A stretch of 41,767 nucleotides of DNA from an uncultured Pseudomonadales bacterium (GTDB taxonomy: Bacteria; Patescibacteriota; Microgenomatia; UBA1400; MFAQ01): assembly GCA_964592455.1 (NCBI GenBank), contig CAZQDQ010000001.1, positions 1-41,767 on the forward strand. The letters are read 5' to 3'. Both the position numbers and the translations under genes were made by a program. This document shows positions 25,125 to 34,496 of the stretch, piece after piece. Under the pieces are notes generated by a model. It saw only the letters and a program-made list of their open reading frames with translations, searched no databases and was not told where the DNA came from. The stretch's first letter is position 1; the number at the start of each line of letters is the position of its first letter.

Positions 25125-26548
25125 AAAAAATATTAATTCTATTCCTCTTAGTTTTAGGTTTTTCTTTAAGGCTCTACAAAATTGACAATCCAATTGCAGA
25201 CTGGCACTCATTTAGGCAGGCCGATACTTCATCGGTAACTAGAAACTATTTAAAAAATGGTTTAAACCTTTTACTACCTACTTACCACGACTTATCCAAT
25301 ATCCAGTCAGGCAAAGACAATCCAAAAGGCTTTAGGATGGTTGAAATGCCTCTTTATAACGCCTTGCACTACTACATGTACAAAGCCTTACCACAGCTAG
25401 GACTAGATAAAGCTGGTCGTCTAACATCGGTAGTTTTGTCTACCGGATCGATTCTACTCGTTTTTCTTATTGGTAATTTTCTATCTGGTTTTTTTGTTGG
25501 CTGGTTATCTGGGTTTTTTATGGCTGTCCTACCATTTAGCGTTTATTACTCAAGAGTAGTTTTGCCAGAACCACTAATGATTTTTCTACTGCTGTTTTCG
25601 TATTATCTGCTTATTATTACAAACGAAAAAAGCAAACTGGTAAGGCATGTTTTATTTTTCTTCTCTGCTATAAGTTTGGCTGGGGCAATACTAGTTAAAC
25701 CGTTCGCCATTTTTTTTGCTCTGCCTCATTTGGCTTACTCAATAAGAATATTAGCTAGGCAAGACATCAATGTTTTATCATTTTTGTTCTATGGTTTAGT
25801 TTCAGTAGCCCCTTTTTACTTATGGAGAAAACACATATCAGGATATCCAGATGGTGTTCCAGCCAGTGATTGGCTGTTAAACTCTAACGGTATCCGCTTT
25901 AGGCCTGCTTGGTTTCGGTGGTTATTTGGTGAAAGACTCGGAAATCTAATTCTGGGTGTATATGGTAGTTTCTTTTTAATACTCGGACTAATATCTAAGC
26001 CTCTCAAAGAAGGTATAGCCTATTGGCTCTGGGCTATCGGCATCTTTGCCTATTTTTCTGTTGTTGCTGGAGGAAATGTTCAGCACGACTACTATCAATC
26101 CATCATTGTTCCATTCTTGTGCTTTTTCCTTGCTAAAGGAGTTGTTTTAGTGGTTAGTCTCAGCAAAACAGTTTATTCCCGATTTCTAAGTATTGTCACC
26201 ACATTATTGGTCATTGGTGTCATGATTTCATTGTCTTGGTATCACATAAAGGGTTATTACCAGGTCAACAATTGGCCAATAGTAGAGGCAGGAAAAAAAG
26301 TTGCGAAGATAACACCCACAAACTCTCTTGTTATTGCTCCTTATAATGGTGATACAGCCTTTCTATATCAAACAGAAAGGTCAGGCTGGCCAATAGGGTA
26401 CGATATCGAAGATAAAATCAAAAAAGGGGCAACGCATTATGTTAGTGTCAGCTATGACGATGAGTCTAAAACTCTAGAAAAAAAGTACACCGTTCTCGAA
26501 AAAAACGATAAATATATCATCATTGATTTGACAAACCTTAAAAAATGA
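25121..26548 (+). CDS. GT-C-fold membrane glycosyltransferase, ArnT/PMT_2 (GT39/83)-like
   Basis: 475 aa. TM1 is followed by SLRLYKIDNPIADWHSFRQADTSSVTRNY. It is polytopic with a C-terminal soluble domain of about 90 aa. ATGA overlap. Confidence 0.7.
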   Translation: MKKILILFLLVLGFSLRLYKIDNPIADWHSFRQADTSSVTRNYLKNGLNLLLPTYHDLSNIQSGKDNPKGFRMVEMPLYNALHYYMYKALPQLGLDKAGRLTSVVLSTGSILLVFLIGNFLSGFFVGWLSGFFMAVLPFSVYYSRVVLPEPLMIFLLLFSYYLLIITNEKSKLVRHVLFFFSAISLAGAILVKPFAIFFALPHLAYSIRILARQDINVLSFLFYGLVSVAPFYLWRKHISGYPDGVPASDWLLNSNGIRFRPAWFRWLFGERLGNLILGVYGSFFLILGLISKPLKEGIAYWLWAIGIFAYFSVVAGGNVQHDYYQSIIVPFLCFFLAKGVVLVVSLSKTVYSRFLSIVTTLLVIGVMISLSWYHIKGYYQVNNWPIVEAGKKVAKITPTNSLVIAPYNGDTAFLYQTERSGWPIGYDIEDKIKKGATHYVSVSYDDESKTLEKKYTVLEKNDKYIIIDLTNLKK

Positions 26549-27744
26549 AGATTCTAATGTTGACCCCATACCTGCCATACCCAGACTCATCTGGCGGGCA
26601 GATAAGAACGCAAAACTTACTAAAACACTTGTGTAAGGAACACGAAATTACTTTAATTTCTTTAATTAAGGACTACAAAGAAAACGATAATGTTAAGCAC
26701 CTTCTTAAATATTGTAAAAAAGTTATCACTTTTAAAAGAAGCACCAGTCCATGGACACTAAAAAACATTCTTAAAACAGGTTTCTCCCTCAACCCCTTTT
26801 TAATAGTCAGAAACTTTGCTCCAGGCGTTAGGGAAGCTGTCTCTCGGGAATTAAAAAATGGAGACTACGATCTTATCCATGCTGAAACTTTTTATGTTAT
26901 GCCCAGTATCCCCAAAACAAGCCTCCCCATAATTTTGGTAGACCAGACGATAGAATATCTAGTTTACCAGCACTATGTAAACGAGACGGCTCCATGGTTT
27001 CTGCGGCCACTATTGCAGATCGACGTTGAAAAAACCAAATACAAGGAAAGATACTACTGGCGCAAAGCAGATATGGTAATTGCTGTTTCGGAAACAGACA
27101 AAAAGGAAATGCTCAAACTCGAGCCGCACATCAAAGTAGATGTTGTCCAAAATGGTGTTAATCTGGATTTATTTAGAAAAAAAACTAACTGGAACACAAA
27201 AGAAAAAGTCATAATGCAGCTTAGCAACTTCCGTTGGTTACAAAACATTGAAGCAGCTGAAATGTTGATTAAAAAAGTCTTTCCTCTTGTCAGAGAAAAA
27301 GTCAAAAGTGCCAAACTCTGGATAGTTGGTCAGCATATCCCAAAAAACATTTCCGATATAGCTACTAGCGGCGTTATTATCAAGGACTTTCCCCAGGAGG
27401 ACTCGGAGTCTTTAGTTGATTGCTTACAAAATGCCTCTGTATTTGCAGCAACTATAAAAGGTCCAGGCGGATCTCGCCTAAAAAATTTGGCGGCTATGGC
27501 AAGCCAGTTGCCTATAGTTTCAACTCAAATAGGCGTAGAAGGGCTCGATGTTAAGCACAATGAACACGTTTTAATTGGAAATAGTCCTACTAAAATTGCC
27601 AAATACATTGTAAAACTCTTAAATAATCCAAAACTAGCTGAGCGTTTGGCAAAGACAACAAGAAAACATGTAGAGAGCAACTTTGACTGGAAAATTGTTG
27701 CCAAAAAACTAAGCAACTTATATATTCAGTTATCTAAAAGATGA
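26545..27744 (+). CDS. Glycosyltransferase family 4-like (GT-B)
   Basis: The N-terminus [22 protein letters not shown] is typical of GT4. The C-terminal half has the GT-B layout (KLWIVGQ..., [27 protein letters not shown]). Confidence 0.75.
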   Translation: MKILMLTPYLPYPDSSGGQIRTQNLLKHLCKEHEITLISLIKDYKENDNVKHLLKYCKKVITFKRSTSPWTLKNILKTGFSLNPFLIVRNFAPGVREAVSRELKNGDYDLIHAETFYVMPSIPKTSLPIILVDQTIEYLVYQHYVNETAPWFLRPLLQIDVEKTKYKERYYWRKADMVIAVSETDKKEMLKLEPHIKVDVVQNGVNLDLFRKKTNWNTKEKVIMQLSNFRWLQNIEAAEMLIKKVFPLVREKVKSAKLWIVGQHIPKNISDIATSGVIIKDFPQEDSESLVDCLQNASVFAATIKGPGGSRLKNLAAMASQLPIVSTQIGVEGLDVKHNEHVLIGNSPTKIAKYIVKLLNNPKLAERLAKTTRKHVESNFDWKIVAKKLSNLYIQLSKR

Positions 27745-28664
27745 AACCAAAGGTAGTCAAAAAAGATCTTGCCATAATAATTGTCAATTACAACACAAAG
27801 GATTTGTTGTCTAATTGCTTAAAAACAATAAGGTCGGCTGAAAAACCAGCCAAGGGGGTAGAAGTTATTGTTGTTGATAATGGCTCGGTGGATGGTAGTC
27901 TACAAATGCTAAAAAAGGATTTTCCAGAAGTATCAGTCATTTCAAATAGCAAAAACCTTGGTTTTTCAAAAGCAAACAATCAAGCAGCAAAAAAAGCAAA
28001 TTCGAAATATCTATTGTTTCTAAACTCCGACACGGAGATAAAAAGGTATAGTCTGGTAAAGCCGCTAAAATATATCAAGACTCACCCAAAAGTAGGAGCC
28101 ATAACTATTAAGCTTTTTCTAAAAAACGGTGAGATTGATTACGATAATCATCGCAATTTCCCCACCCCCTGGGTTGCCTTTACTAAACTGTTTGGTTTGT
28201 CTTCTCTTTTTCCTAACTCTACAGTTTTTAACTCTTATCACTTAGGTAGAAAAAATCTAAATATCGTCCATGCCATACCTGTCACAGCAGGTTCATTTAT
28301 TATGATTCCAGACACGGTTTTTAAAAAAATAGGAGGTTGGGATGAAGCATATTTCTTTTATGGTGAAGACATTGATTTGTGTTATAGAATTGGCACTAGT
28401 GGCTACAAAATCATCTATTACCCCAAAACCTCTGCTCTTCATTTACGCGGCGCTTCATCTGGGCTTCGTAAAGAAAATAGTCTTTCTGCATCCTCTGATA
28501 AAACTAATCGGCTAAAAGTCGCCAATGCCTCTGTGGCTGCCTGGAAAAAATTTTATAAAAAGTTCTACCAGCAAAAATACCCAATTTGGCTAACGGGAAT
28601 AGTAGTCATTGGTATAAATCTACTTGGCACTATCAGGTTAATAAAGTACAAACTAAAGAAATGA
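27741..28664 (+). CDS. Glycosyltransferase family 2 (GT-A)
   Basis: Motifs: [14 protein letters not shown]...[39 protein letters not shown]. Confidence 0.85.
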   Translation: MKPKVVKKDLAIIIVNYNTKDLLSNCLKTIRSAEKPAKGVEVIVVDNGSVDGSLQMLKKDFPEVSVISNSKNLGFSKANNQAAKKANSKYLLFLNSDTEIKRYSLVKPLKYIKTHPKVGAITIKLFLKNGEIDYDNHRNFPTPWVAFTKLFGLSSLFPNSTVFNSYHLGRKNLNIVHAIPVTAGSFIMIPDTVFKKIGGWDEAYFFYGEDIDLCYRIGTSGYKIIYYPKTSALHLRGASSGLRKENSLSASSDKTNRLKVANASVAAWKKFYKKFYQQKYPIWLTGIVVIGINLLGTIRLIKYKLKK

Positions 28665-29797
28665 GGATTGGCATAGACGCTAGGCTTTATGGCCCAGAGC
28701 ATACAGGTTTAGGTAGATATGTAACTAACCTTGTAAACAACTTACTAACTATCGACAAAAAAAATCAATACGTTCTTTTCGTAACAGACAAACACAACAA
28801 GGACTTTAAAACCAGTTCCAATCTAAAAATTGTTACCACCAATATTCCAATATATACTTTTGCAGAGCAAATTTTTTTACCCATAATATACCTAAGAGAA
28901 AAATTGGATATACTTCACGTTCCTCACTTCAACGCCCCAATACTTTATCCCAAAAAAATAATAATTACTTTACACGACTTAATAAAGCACAGTTCAAAAG
29001 GAAAAGAAACTACTACTAGGTCAGTAGCAGGTTACTTGCTAAAAAGAGTGGGATATATGATTGAGTTTTGGTTTATTAGTAAAAGAGCTTCTGCGATTAT
29101 TACCCCCACTAACTTTGTTAAAGAAGACATCTCTAAAAGTTTAAAAATTTCCAAGGACAAAATATTTGTTACCTACGAAGCAAGTGATGGAAAAATAAAA
29201 AAACAAAACTTAAGTCTAAAAGACTCAAGGCAAACGTTAACAAGTCATGGACTAACTCAACCTTTTGTTATCTACACAGGCAATGTTTACCCACATAAAA
29301 ATATCGACCTACTTATAGAGGCTATTTTATTGCACAACAGCAAAAAAGAAGTTGATCTTAACTTAGCTATTGTTTGTGCAAGGTCGGTCTTCTATAACAA
29401 GGTGGAGACTAAAATTGCCAAATTAAATGCCCAAAAGTATGTAAAACTTCTAGGGTTTATCGATGACAGGGAGCTCGGAAAGCTTTACTCTCTGGCTCTT
29501 TGTCTTGTCCACCCAAGTAAAATGGAGGGTTTTGGTTTAACTGGTATTGAAGCAATGTCAGCTGGTCTGCCAGTTATTTCATCCAACGCTTCGTGCTTGC
29601 CAGAGGTCTATGGAAATGCCGCTATATATTTTGATCCCAACTCGGTCGATGACCTGGTCAACGCACTAGAAAAAATAATTAGTAGTAGTCAGCTTCGTCA
29701 AGATTTAAGTAAAAAAGGCTACGCGCAATCAAAAAAGTATTCATGGAAGCGCCTAACCCAAGAAACAATTTCTATTTACAAGTCCCTAAGTAGATGA
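28661..29797 (+). CDS. Glycosyltransferase family 4 (group 1, GT-B)
   Basis: [20 protein letters not shown] at the N-terminus and [31 protein letters not shown]. The ATG at 28661 (ATGA overlap) is preferred over the track's upstream alternative start at 28586. Confidence 0.85.
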   Translation: MRIGIDARLYGPEHTGLGRYVTNLVNNLLTIDKKNQYVLFVTDKHNKDFKTSSNLKIVTTNIPIYTFAEQIFLPIIYLREKLDILHVPHFNAPILYPKKIIITLHDLIKHSSKGKETTTRSVAGYLLKRVGYMIEFWFISKRASAIITPTNFVKEDISKSLKISKDKIFVTYEASDGKIKKQNLSLKDSRQTLTSHGLTQPFVIYTGNVYPHKNIDLLIEAILLHNSKKEVDLNLAIVCARSVFYNKVETKIAKLNAQKYVKLLGFIDDRELGKLYSLALCLVHPSKMEGFGLTGIEAMSAGLPVISSNASCLPEVYGNAAIYFDPNSVDDLVNALEKIISSSQLRQDLSKKGYAQSKKYSWKRLTQETISIYKSLSR

Positions 29798-30867
29798 AGG
29801 TAGCCATTGTTTATGACCGTGTTAATAAGTATGGCGGGGCAGAGAGATTATTAGAATCAATTATCTCTATCTTTCCAGACGCCCCTCTCTTTACTCTAGT
29901 TTACGAACCAAAAAATGCAAAATGGACCAAAAAAACAAAAGTCACTCCTACCTTCTTAAATAAGTTTTTCTTTTTAAGGTCACATCACGAAATACTTGCT
30001 CCAGTAGCACCTATGGCATTTGAAACCCTGGATCTTAAAGCATTTGATCTAGTTATTTCGGTAACCAGCTCAGATGCCAAATCAATTCTTACAAGTCCAC
30101 ATCAAATACACCTTTGTATTTGTTTGACACCAACCAGATATTTATGGAAAGGCTCAAAAAGTTATCAGCAAGACTGGAAAATGAAATTTTTGCCAACCTT
30201 TATGTTTAATTACTTTCGCTTTGTTGATCAGATAACCGCCTTAAGACCAGATTATTTTTTGGCAATTTCCAACGAAGTTAGACGTAGAATCAAAAATTAT
30301 TATAATCGCGAATCTATTGTTATTTACCCACCAGTAAGTAAACTCTTTTTTAAAAAAAATAAAAAACACCAAAAAAAAGATTTTTACCTAGTGGCTGGCA
30401 GACTAGTCCCTTATAAAAAAGTAGATTTAGTTATTAACTACTTTAATAAATCAAACAAAAAACTTGTAGTAATTGGCGAAGGTTCAGAATTCAGTAAATT
30501 AAAAAAAATGGCTTCAAAAAATATTACTTTTTTGGGAAAAGTCAGCGATAGAGATCTAATAAAGTACTACTCACAATCAAAAGCCTTAATCTTTCCTGGG
30601 TTGGAGGACTTTGGTCTTATTCCCTTAGAAGTGCAGGCTGTAGGTACACCAGTGATTGCTTACAAAGCTGGTGGAGCTAAAGAGACTATTATCGACGGAG
30701 TCACTGGAGTTTTTTTTAAAAAACAGACTGTTAAGTCACTTTCAAAGGCTATAGAGAAATTTGAAAAATTAAGAATAAACCCAAATGATTGTATTAGAAA
30801 CGCCAAAAGATTTAATATCAAAGAGTTTAAAACTAAACTACTTGAGTTTGTTGTGTCGATTACTTAA
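29794..30867 (+). CDS. Glycosyltransferase family 4 (group 1, GT-B)
   Basis: [65 protein letters not shown]. Confidence 0.85.
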   Translation: MKVAIVYDRVNKYGGAERLLESIISIFPDAPLFTLVYEPKNAKWTKKTKVTPTFLNKFFFLRSHHEILAPVAPMAFETLDLKAFDLVISVTSSDAKSILTSPHQIHLCICLTPTRYLWKGSKSYQQDWKMKFLPTFMFNYFRFVDQITALRPDYFLAISNEVRRRIKNYYNRESIVIYPPVSKLFFKKNKKHQKKDFYLVAGRLVPYKKVDLVINYFNKSNKKLVVIGEGSEFSKLKKMASKNITFLGKVSDRDLIKYYSQSKALIFPGLEDFGLIPLEVQAVGTPVIAYKAGGAKETIIDGVTGVFFKKQTVKSLSKAIEKFEKLRINPNDCIRNAKRFNIKEFKTKLLEFVVSIT

Positions 30868-31885
30868 CTATTTCGCCAACTCTTCCTGACAAGTCTCTTC
30901 GGCAAACCAAAATACCATCTTTCCCTTCTATTACAATAGCATCATCATAACCTATAACAGCTACTTTTTTGCCACTATCTGAATAACAAAAATTGTTGCT
31001 CCCTTCGATTTGTACTAGGCCAGAGTGTTTGGGAGCAATATTATTATTTGTGTAGTGTTTTTCAACACTAGCCCAAGTTCCAAAATCAATCCACTCAAAA
31101 GGGTTTTCAATAACAAGCGATTCACCATTAATATGCGAAAGCTTTGTTACTTCTTCCAACTGACCACTTGCCATCTTAGAGTACTCAGTACCAACATCGC
31201 CCCCGTCTACAATTTTCTTTAGGGGTTCATACCAGTCAGGGCGATACTTTTTAAACATTTTTAACATTCCATCAGGCGTCATAGTTGTGTGATTTGTATG
31301 AAGTAGTAGTTCATCGGAACTCATCATTTTTTCGATTCTTTCTGTTTCTTGGCGGTCAATAAAGTCAGCTATCTCAAATGCTTTTACTCCATCTACACTA
31401 GTCAATAGCTTGCCCTTTTGCAGATAGTCAACCCCTGCCTGATGCCATTTTGGTGAAAATCCACCCGTAATGTATTTTCCCGTTTTTTGAGAAAACGTTT
31501 CTGCTACATCCATAAACTTAAAAATTGCATCTTCCGGCACTCGTAGGTCATCAGTTTGGATCAGCATAAAAGTTTTGTTTCCAAAACCTCGCATTTTTAA
31601 GTAGGCAGCTGCCAAACCTGAAGCTGGCCCCTGATTTTTTGTTTGTGGTTCAATAAAAATATTTTCTTGCAAAATTTCTGGAACCTGTTTTTTGGCTATT
31701 TCAGACTGATTAGAATTTGTTTGTATGTATATTTCTTTAGCAGAATACCTTTTTCTTAGCACTCTCCAATTCACTTGGAACAAAGACTCTCCATTTACCA
31801 GAGGTAAAAAATGTTTTGGTAAATTACTTGTACTTAGAGGCCACATTTTCGAACCAATGCCTCCACAGATTATAACTGGTATCAT
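30860..31885 (-). CDS. manC: Mannose-1-phosphate guanylyltransferase-like sugar nucleotidyltransferase (short form, no cupin/PMI domain)
   Basis: MIPVIICGGIGSKMWPLSTSNLPKHFLPLVNGESLFQ matches the GGxGxRLWPLS...PKQFL signature of ManC/CpsB. The ATG at complement(31883-31885) is preferred over the track's upstream start at 31927. Confidence 0.7.
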   Translation of the reverse strand: MIPVIICGGIGSKMWPLSTSNLPKHFLPLVNGESLFQVNWRVLRKRYSAKEIYIQTNSNQSEIAKKQVPEILQENIFIEPQTKNQGPASGLAAAYLKMRGFGNKTFMLIQTDDLRVPEDAIFKFMDVAETFSQKTGKYITGGFSPKWHQAGVDYLQKGKLLTSVDGVKAFEIADFIDRQETERIEKMMSSDELLLHTNHTTMTPDGMLKMFKKYRPDWYEPLKKIVDGGDVGTEYSKMASGQLEEVTKLSHINGESLVIENPFEWIDFGTWASVEKHYTNNNIAPKHSGLVQIEGSNNFCYSDSGKKVAVIGYDDAIVIEGKDGILVCRRDLSGRVGEIVK

Positions 31886-31891
31886 TTCGAC

Positions 31892-31897
31892 ATTATA
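31892..31897 (-). promoter_or_regulatory. Perfect TATAAT (minus strand) 6 nt upstream of the manC-like ATG
   Basis: The reverse complement of 31883-31900 reads ggTTATAATgtcgaaATG. Confidence 0.4.
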
Positions 31898-31962
31898 ACC
31901 AGAATAAAAGAAAATTATCCATACCATAAAGTCAAACTTTAAGTTAAAATTACTTCGAAACT

Positions 31963-32613
31963 ATGTTTTATGATCTAGCAAAAAGAGTTATGGATATTGC
32001 CGCCGCAATCATCCTGGGCGTTCTCTTTCTCCCCTTATGGATTATCATTCCCATATTGATTCGTTTAGATTCAAAAGGACCTATCTACTACCGCCCAGAA
32101 AGGGTGGGTCTAAAAGGCAAAAAGTTTGGTATGTACAAGTTTCGGTCCATGAAGATGTTTGAAGTGGACGGCAAAGAGGTTCATGCTACAGAATTTTGGA
32201 AGCATAATCCTGAAATTTTTGAGAAATACAAAAAAAACGGCTGGAAGCTCGAATTAGATGATGACCCAAGAATTACAAAACTAGGCAAAATTTTAAGGCA
32301 AACCAGTATTGACGAAATTCCACAGCTTTTAAACGTGCTCACAGGTGAAATGAGTTTGGTTGGGCCCAGAGCTTATGTAGAACCAGAACTAAAAGATGCC
32401 ATTAAAAGATATGGTAAAAACATTGAAAAGCTTATAAGCGAAAGTCTTACTGTAAAACCTGGTCTAACCGGACCGTGGCAAGTATCTGGACGAAACGAGA
32501 TCCCCTGGAACCAAAGAGTAGCAATCGATGCTGACTATGCTAAAAGAAGATCGCTAATTTATGATATCTACATCATCCTTAAAACACCATTTGCTATGAT
32601 TAGTAAGTGGTAA
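31963..32613 (+). CDS. Initiating polyprenyl-phosphate phosphoglycosyl transferase (small monotopic 'bacterial sugar transferase', WbaP C-terminal / PglC / EpsL-like)
   Basis: A single N-terminal hydrophobic helix is followed by LDSKGPIYYRPERVGLKGKKFGMYKFRSM, DPRITKLGKILRQTSIDEIPQLLNVLTGEMSLVGPR and GLTGPWQVSGRNE. All are canonical Bac_transf blocks. Confidence 0.85.
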   Translation: MFYDLAKRVMDIAAAIILGVLFLPLWIIIPILIRLDSKGPIYYRPERVGLKGKKFGMYKFRSMKMFEVDGKEVHATEFWKHNPEIFEKYKKNGWKLELDDDPRITKLGKILRQTSIDEIPQLLNVLTGEMSLVGPRAYVEPELKDAIKRYGKNIEKLISESLTVKPGLTGPWQVSGRNEIPWNQRVAIDADYAKRRSLIYDIYIILKTPFAMISKW

Positions 32614-32629
32614 TTTATTTAAACAAAAA

Positions 32630-34495
32630 ATGACAATGAAGAAAAAAATTCTAATTTTCCTGATTCCCGCATTAGTTATTTTGCTTGCTCTTGCCTCAAT
32701 TGGGTTTTACGGGTACAAAACAGTTATGAGTTTTACGCCAGAGATAAACAAAATTCAAACTACAACTGAGAGTTTAAAACAAGCCTTTCAAAATCAAGAC
32801 CTAATCTTAACAAAACAAAAAAGCCTTCAACTATCCGACGAAACAAAACAACTATCAGCAAAATATGACAAATATTCCTGGGTGGGAAAAATTCCTCTAG
32901 CTGGAAGATATTTTCAGGATGGTCAATCAGCTCTAAAAGCCGCCAATCACTTGGTAGATTCTCTTAATGTTTTAATTACTTCCATTGAGCCGTATGCAGA
33001 TCTTCTAGGGTTTGTCACCACAGCTAGCAGTGAAGCAAAATTAAAAGCCAACCAACCACAAACCATCGAGGACAGAATAATATTTATGGCTCAGACTTTA
33101 GATAAAATCAGTCCAGAGCTAGACAAGGTGGCAGTTGGTATGGATTCAGCTCAAAAAGAGCTGGATAAAATTGACCCAAAACGTTACCCAGAAAACCTGC
33201 GTGGTAAAAATATTCGTGCTAAAGTTGTCAATTTAAAATCCGCAGTTGCTGAGTCAGCCACACTGCTTTCTCAAGCAAAGCCACTAATAAAACTCTTTCC
33301 AGAACTACTAGGCAATCCAAACTCAAAAACCTACATGGTGCTATTACAAAACGATGGTGAACTACGTGCCACTGGTGGGTTCATGACTGCCTACGCCTTT
33401 TTAAGAGTCACAAAAGGAAAAATAGAACCTTTGGCTTCTTACAATATTTATGATTTAGACGATAGGTTCAAAAAAAGAGTTCCAGCCCCAGAACCAATCA
33501 AAAAATATCTAAACGAAAATTACCTCAACCTTCGCAATATCAACCTTTCCCCAGACTTTAAAGTCTCCATGGATGAGTTTTACAAGTACTATCGTGATAT
33601 TTCTGGGATGCCTAAAATAGATGGTATTGTTGCCATCGATACTAAATTCCCAGTAGAGATTCTTAAAGTTATTGGACCAATTGGAGTTGGGGGTTGGGGC
33701 AATTTCGGTCCGCAAATCGATAAAAGATGCGACTGTCCACAAGTTGTTTACGCCCTTGAAGACATGATCACCAAGCCAGTTGCTGGCATAAGACCAGATC
33801 GTAAAGCCGTTCTTGGTCCACTAATGCACTCTATGATGGCAAACGCCATGGGTAGCCCAAAACACACTTGGCCAAAATTGCTAAATGTTGGCCTAACTGC
33901 CATTAAAGAAAAACATTTAATTTTTTATTTTATAGAAGACAAATCTCAATTGATTGCTGAGGACTTCAACGCTGCTGGCAGAATAAAAGATTATGTGGGT
34001 GACTATTTACACATAAACGATTCCAACTTCGGCGGAGCAAAAACAGACATGTTCATTACCAGAGAAGTTGATCAGGAAATAACAACAGAAAACGGAGTTG
34101 TCACCAAAACCGTCTCCATTTCTTATAACAATCCTAGGAAAGGTGATAATTGTAACTTAGAAGCTGGTCAATTATGTTTGAATGGTATTTACAGAGACTA
34201 CGTTAGACTCTATGTGCCAAAGGGCTCGAAGCTTATTTCGGTAATTGGTTCCGAAGTAAAGGAGCAAACCTTGGAAGATCTTGGTAAAACTGTCTTTGAA
34301 GGGTTCTTTACTATGAGACCACAATCTCAGAGCAAAATTGTCTTTAAGTACCAGCTTCCACAAATGGACTTAAGCAACTACAAAATGCTTATCCAAAAAC
34401 AACCAGGTTTAAACACCGTTAAACACACAATTACTTTAGACGGTAACCAAACAACAGTTGACTTAAAAGAAGACAAAGAAATCGTTCTAAACTGA
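32630..34495 (+). CDS. DUF4012-like membrane-anchored extracytoplasmic protein
   Basis: 621 aa with one N-terminal TM (ILIFLIPALVILLALASIGFYGY). The central motif LLQNDGELRATGGFMTAYAFLRV matches the conserved N..E.R.TGG....ya block that I associate with DUF4012. Confidence 0.65.
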   Translation: MTMKKKILIFLIPALVILLALASIGFYGYKTVMSFTPEINKIQTTTESLKQAFQNQDLILTKQKSLQLSDETKQLSAKYDKYSWVGKIPLAGRYFQDGQSALKAANHLVDSLNVLITSIEPYADLLGFVTTASSEAKLKANQPQTIEDRIIFMAQTLDKISPELDKVAVGMDSAQKELDKIDPKRYPENLRGKNIRAKVVNLKSAVAESATLLSQAKPLIKLFPELLGNPNSKTYMVLLQNDGELRATGGFMTAYAFLRVTKGKIEPLASYNIYDLDDRFKKRVPAPEPIKKYLNENYLNLRNINLSPDFKVSMDEFYKYYRDISGMPKIDGIVAIDTKFPVEILKVIGPIGVGGWGNFGPQIDKRCDCPQVVYALEDMITKPVAGIRPDRKAVLGPLMHSMMANAMGSPKHTWPKLLNVGLTAIKEKHLIFYFIEDKSQLIAEDFNAAGRIKDYVGDYLHINDSNFGGAKTDMFITREVDQEITTENGVVTKTVSISYNNPRKGDNCNLEAGQLCLNGIYRDYVRLYVPKGSKLISVIGSEVKEQTLEDLGKTVFEGFFTMRPQSQSKIVFKYQLPQMDLSNYKMLIQKQPGLNTVKHTITLDGNQTTVDLKEDKEIVLN

Positions 34496-34496
34496 A

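Noticed and set aside
30352-30378. A8 homopolymer tracts (30352-30359, 30371-30378; similar A7-A8 and T8 runs occur elsewhere, for example near 945-960) as phase-variation switches in glycosyltransferase genes
   Set aside because: They encode Lys-rich linkers (KKNKKHQKKD) and are ubiquitous in this AT-rich, Lys-rich coding sequence. Without population data there is no evidence of length polymorphism. This cannot be excluded, but it is not supported.
1456-31927. Longer N-terminal extensions proposed by the ORF track (1456, 4262, 5717, 14260, 18292 minus, 28586, 31927 minus)
   Set aside because: Most of these extensions use TTG/GTG codons (14260 is an ATG) and add residues upstream of the conserved family N-termini, such as [30 protein letters not shown] and MSKQKTAVIIG. 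The internal ATGs give canonical N-termini, and most also give tighter stop/start junctions.
31945-31965. TAAAAT at 31945-31950 as a leaderless promoter for the phosphoglycosyl transferase
   Set aside because: The spacing to the ATG at 31963 is 12 nt, so it would give a short leader rather than a leaderless mRNA. It does not fit the 5-7-nt pattern and is kept only as a weak promoter candidate.
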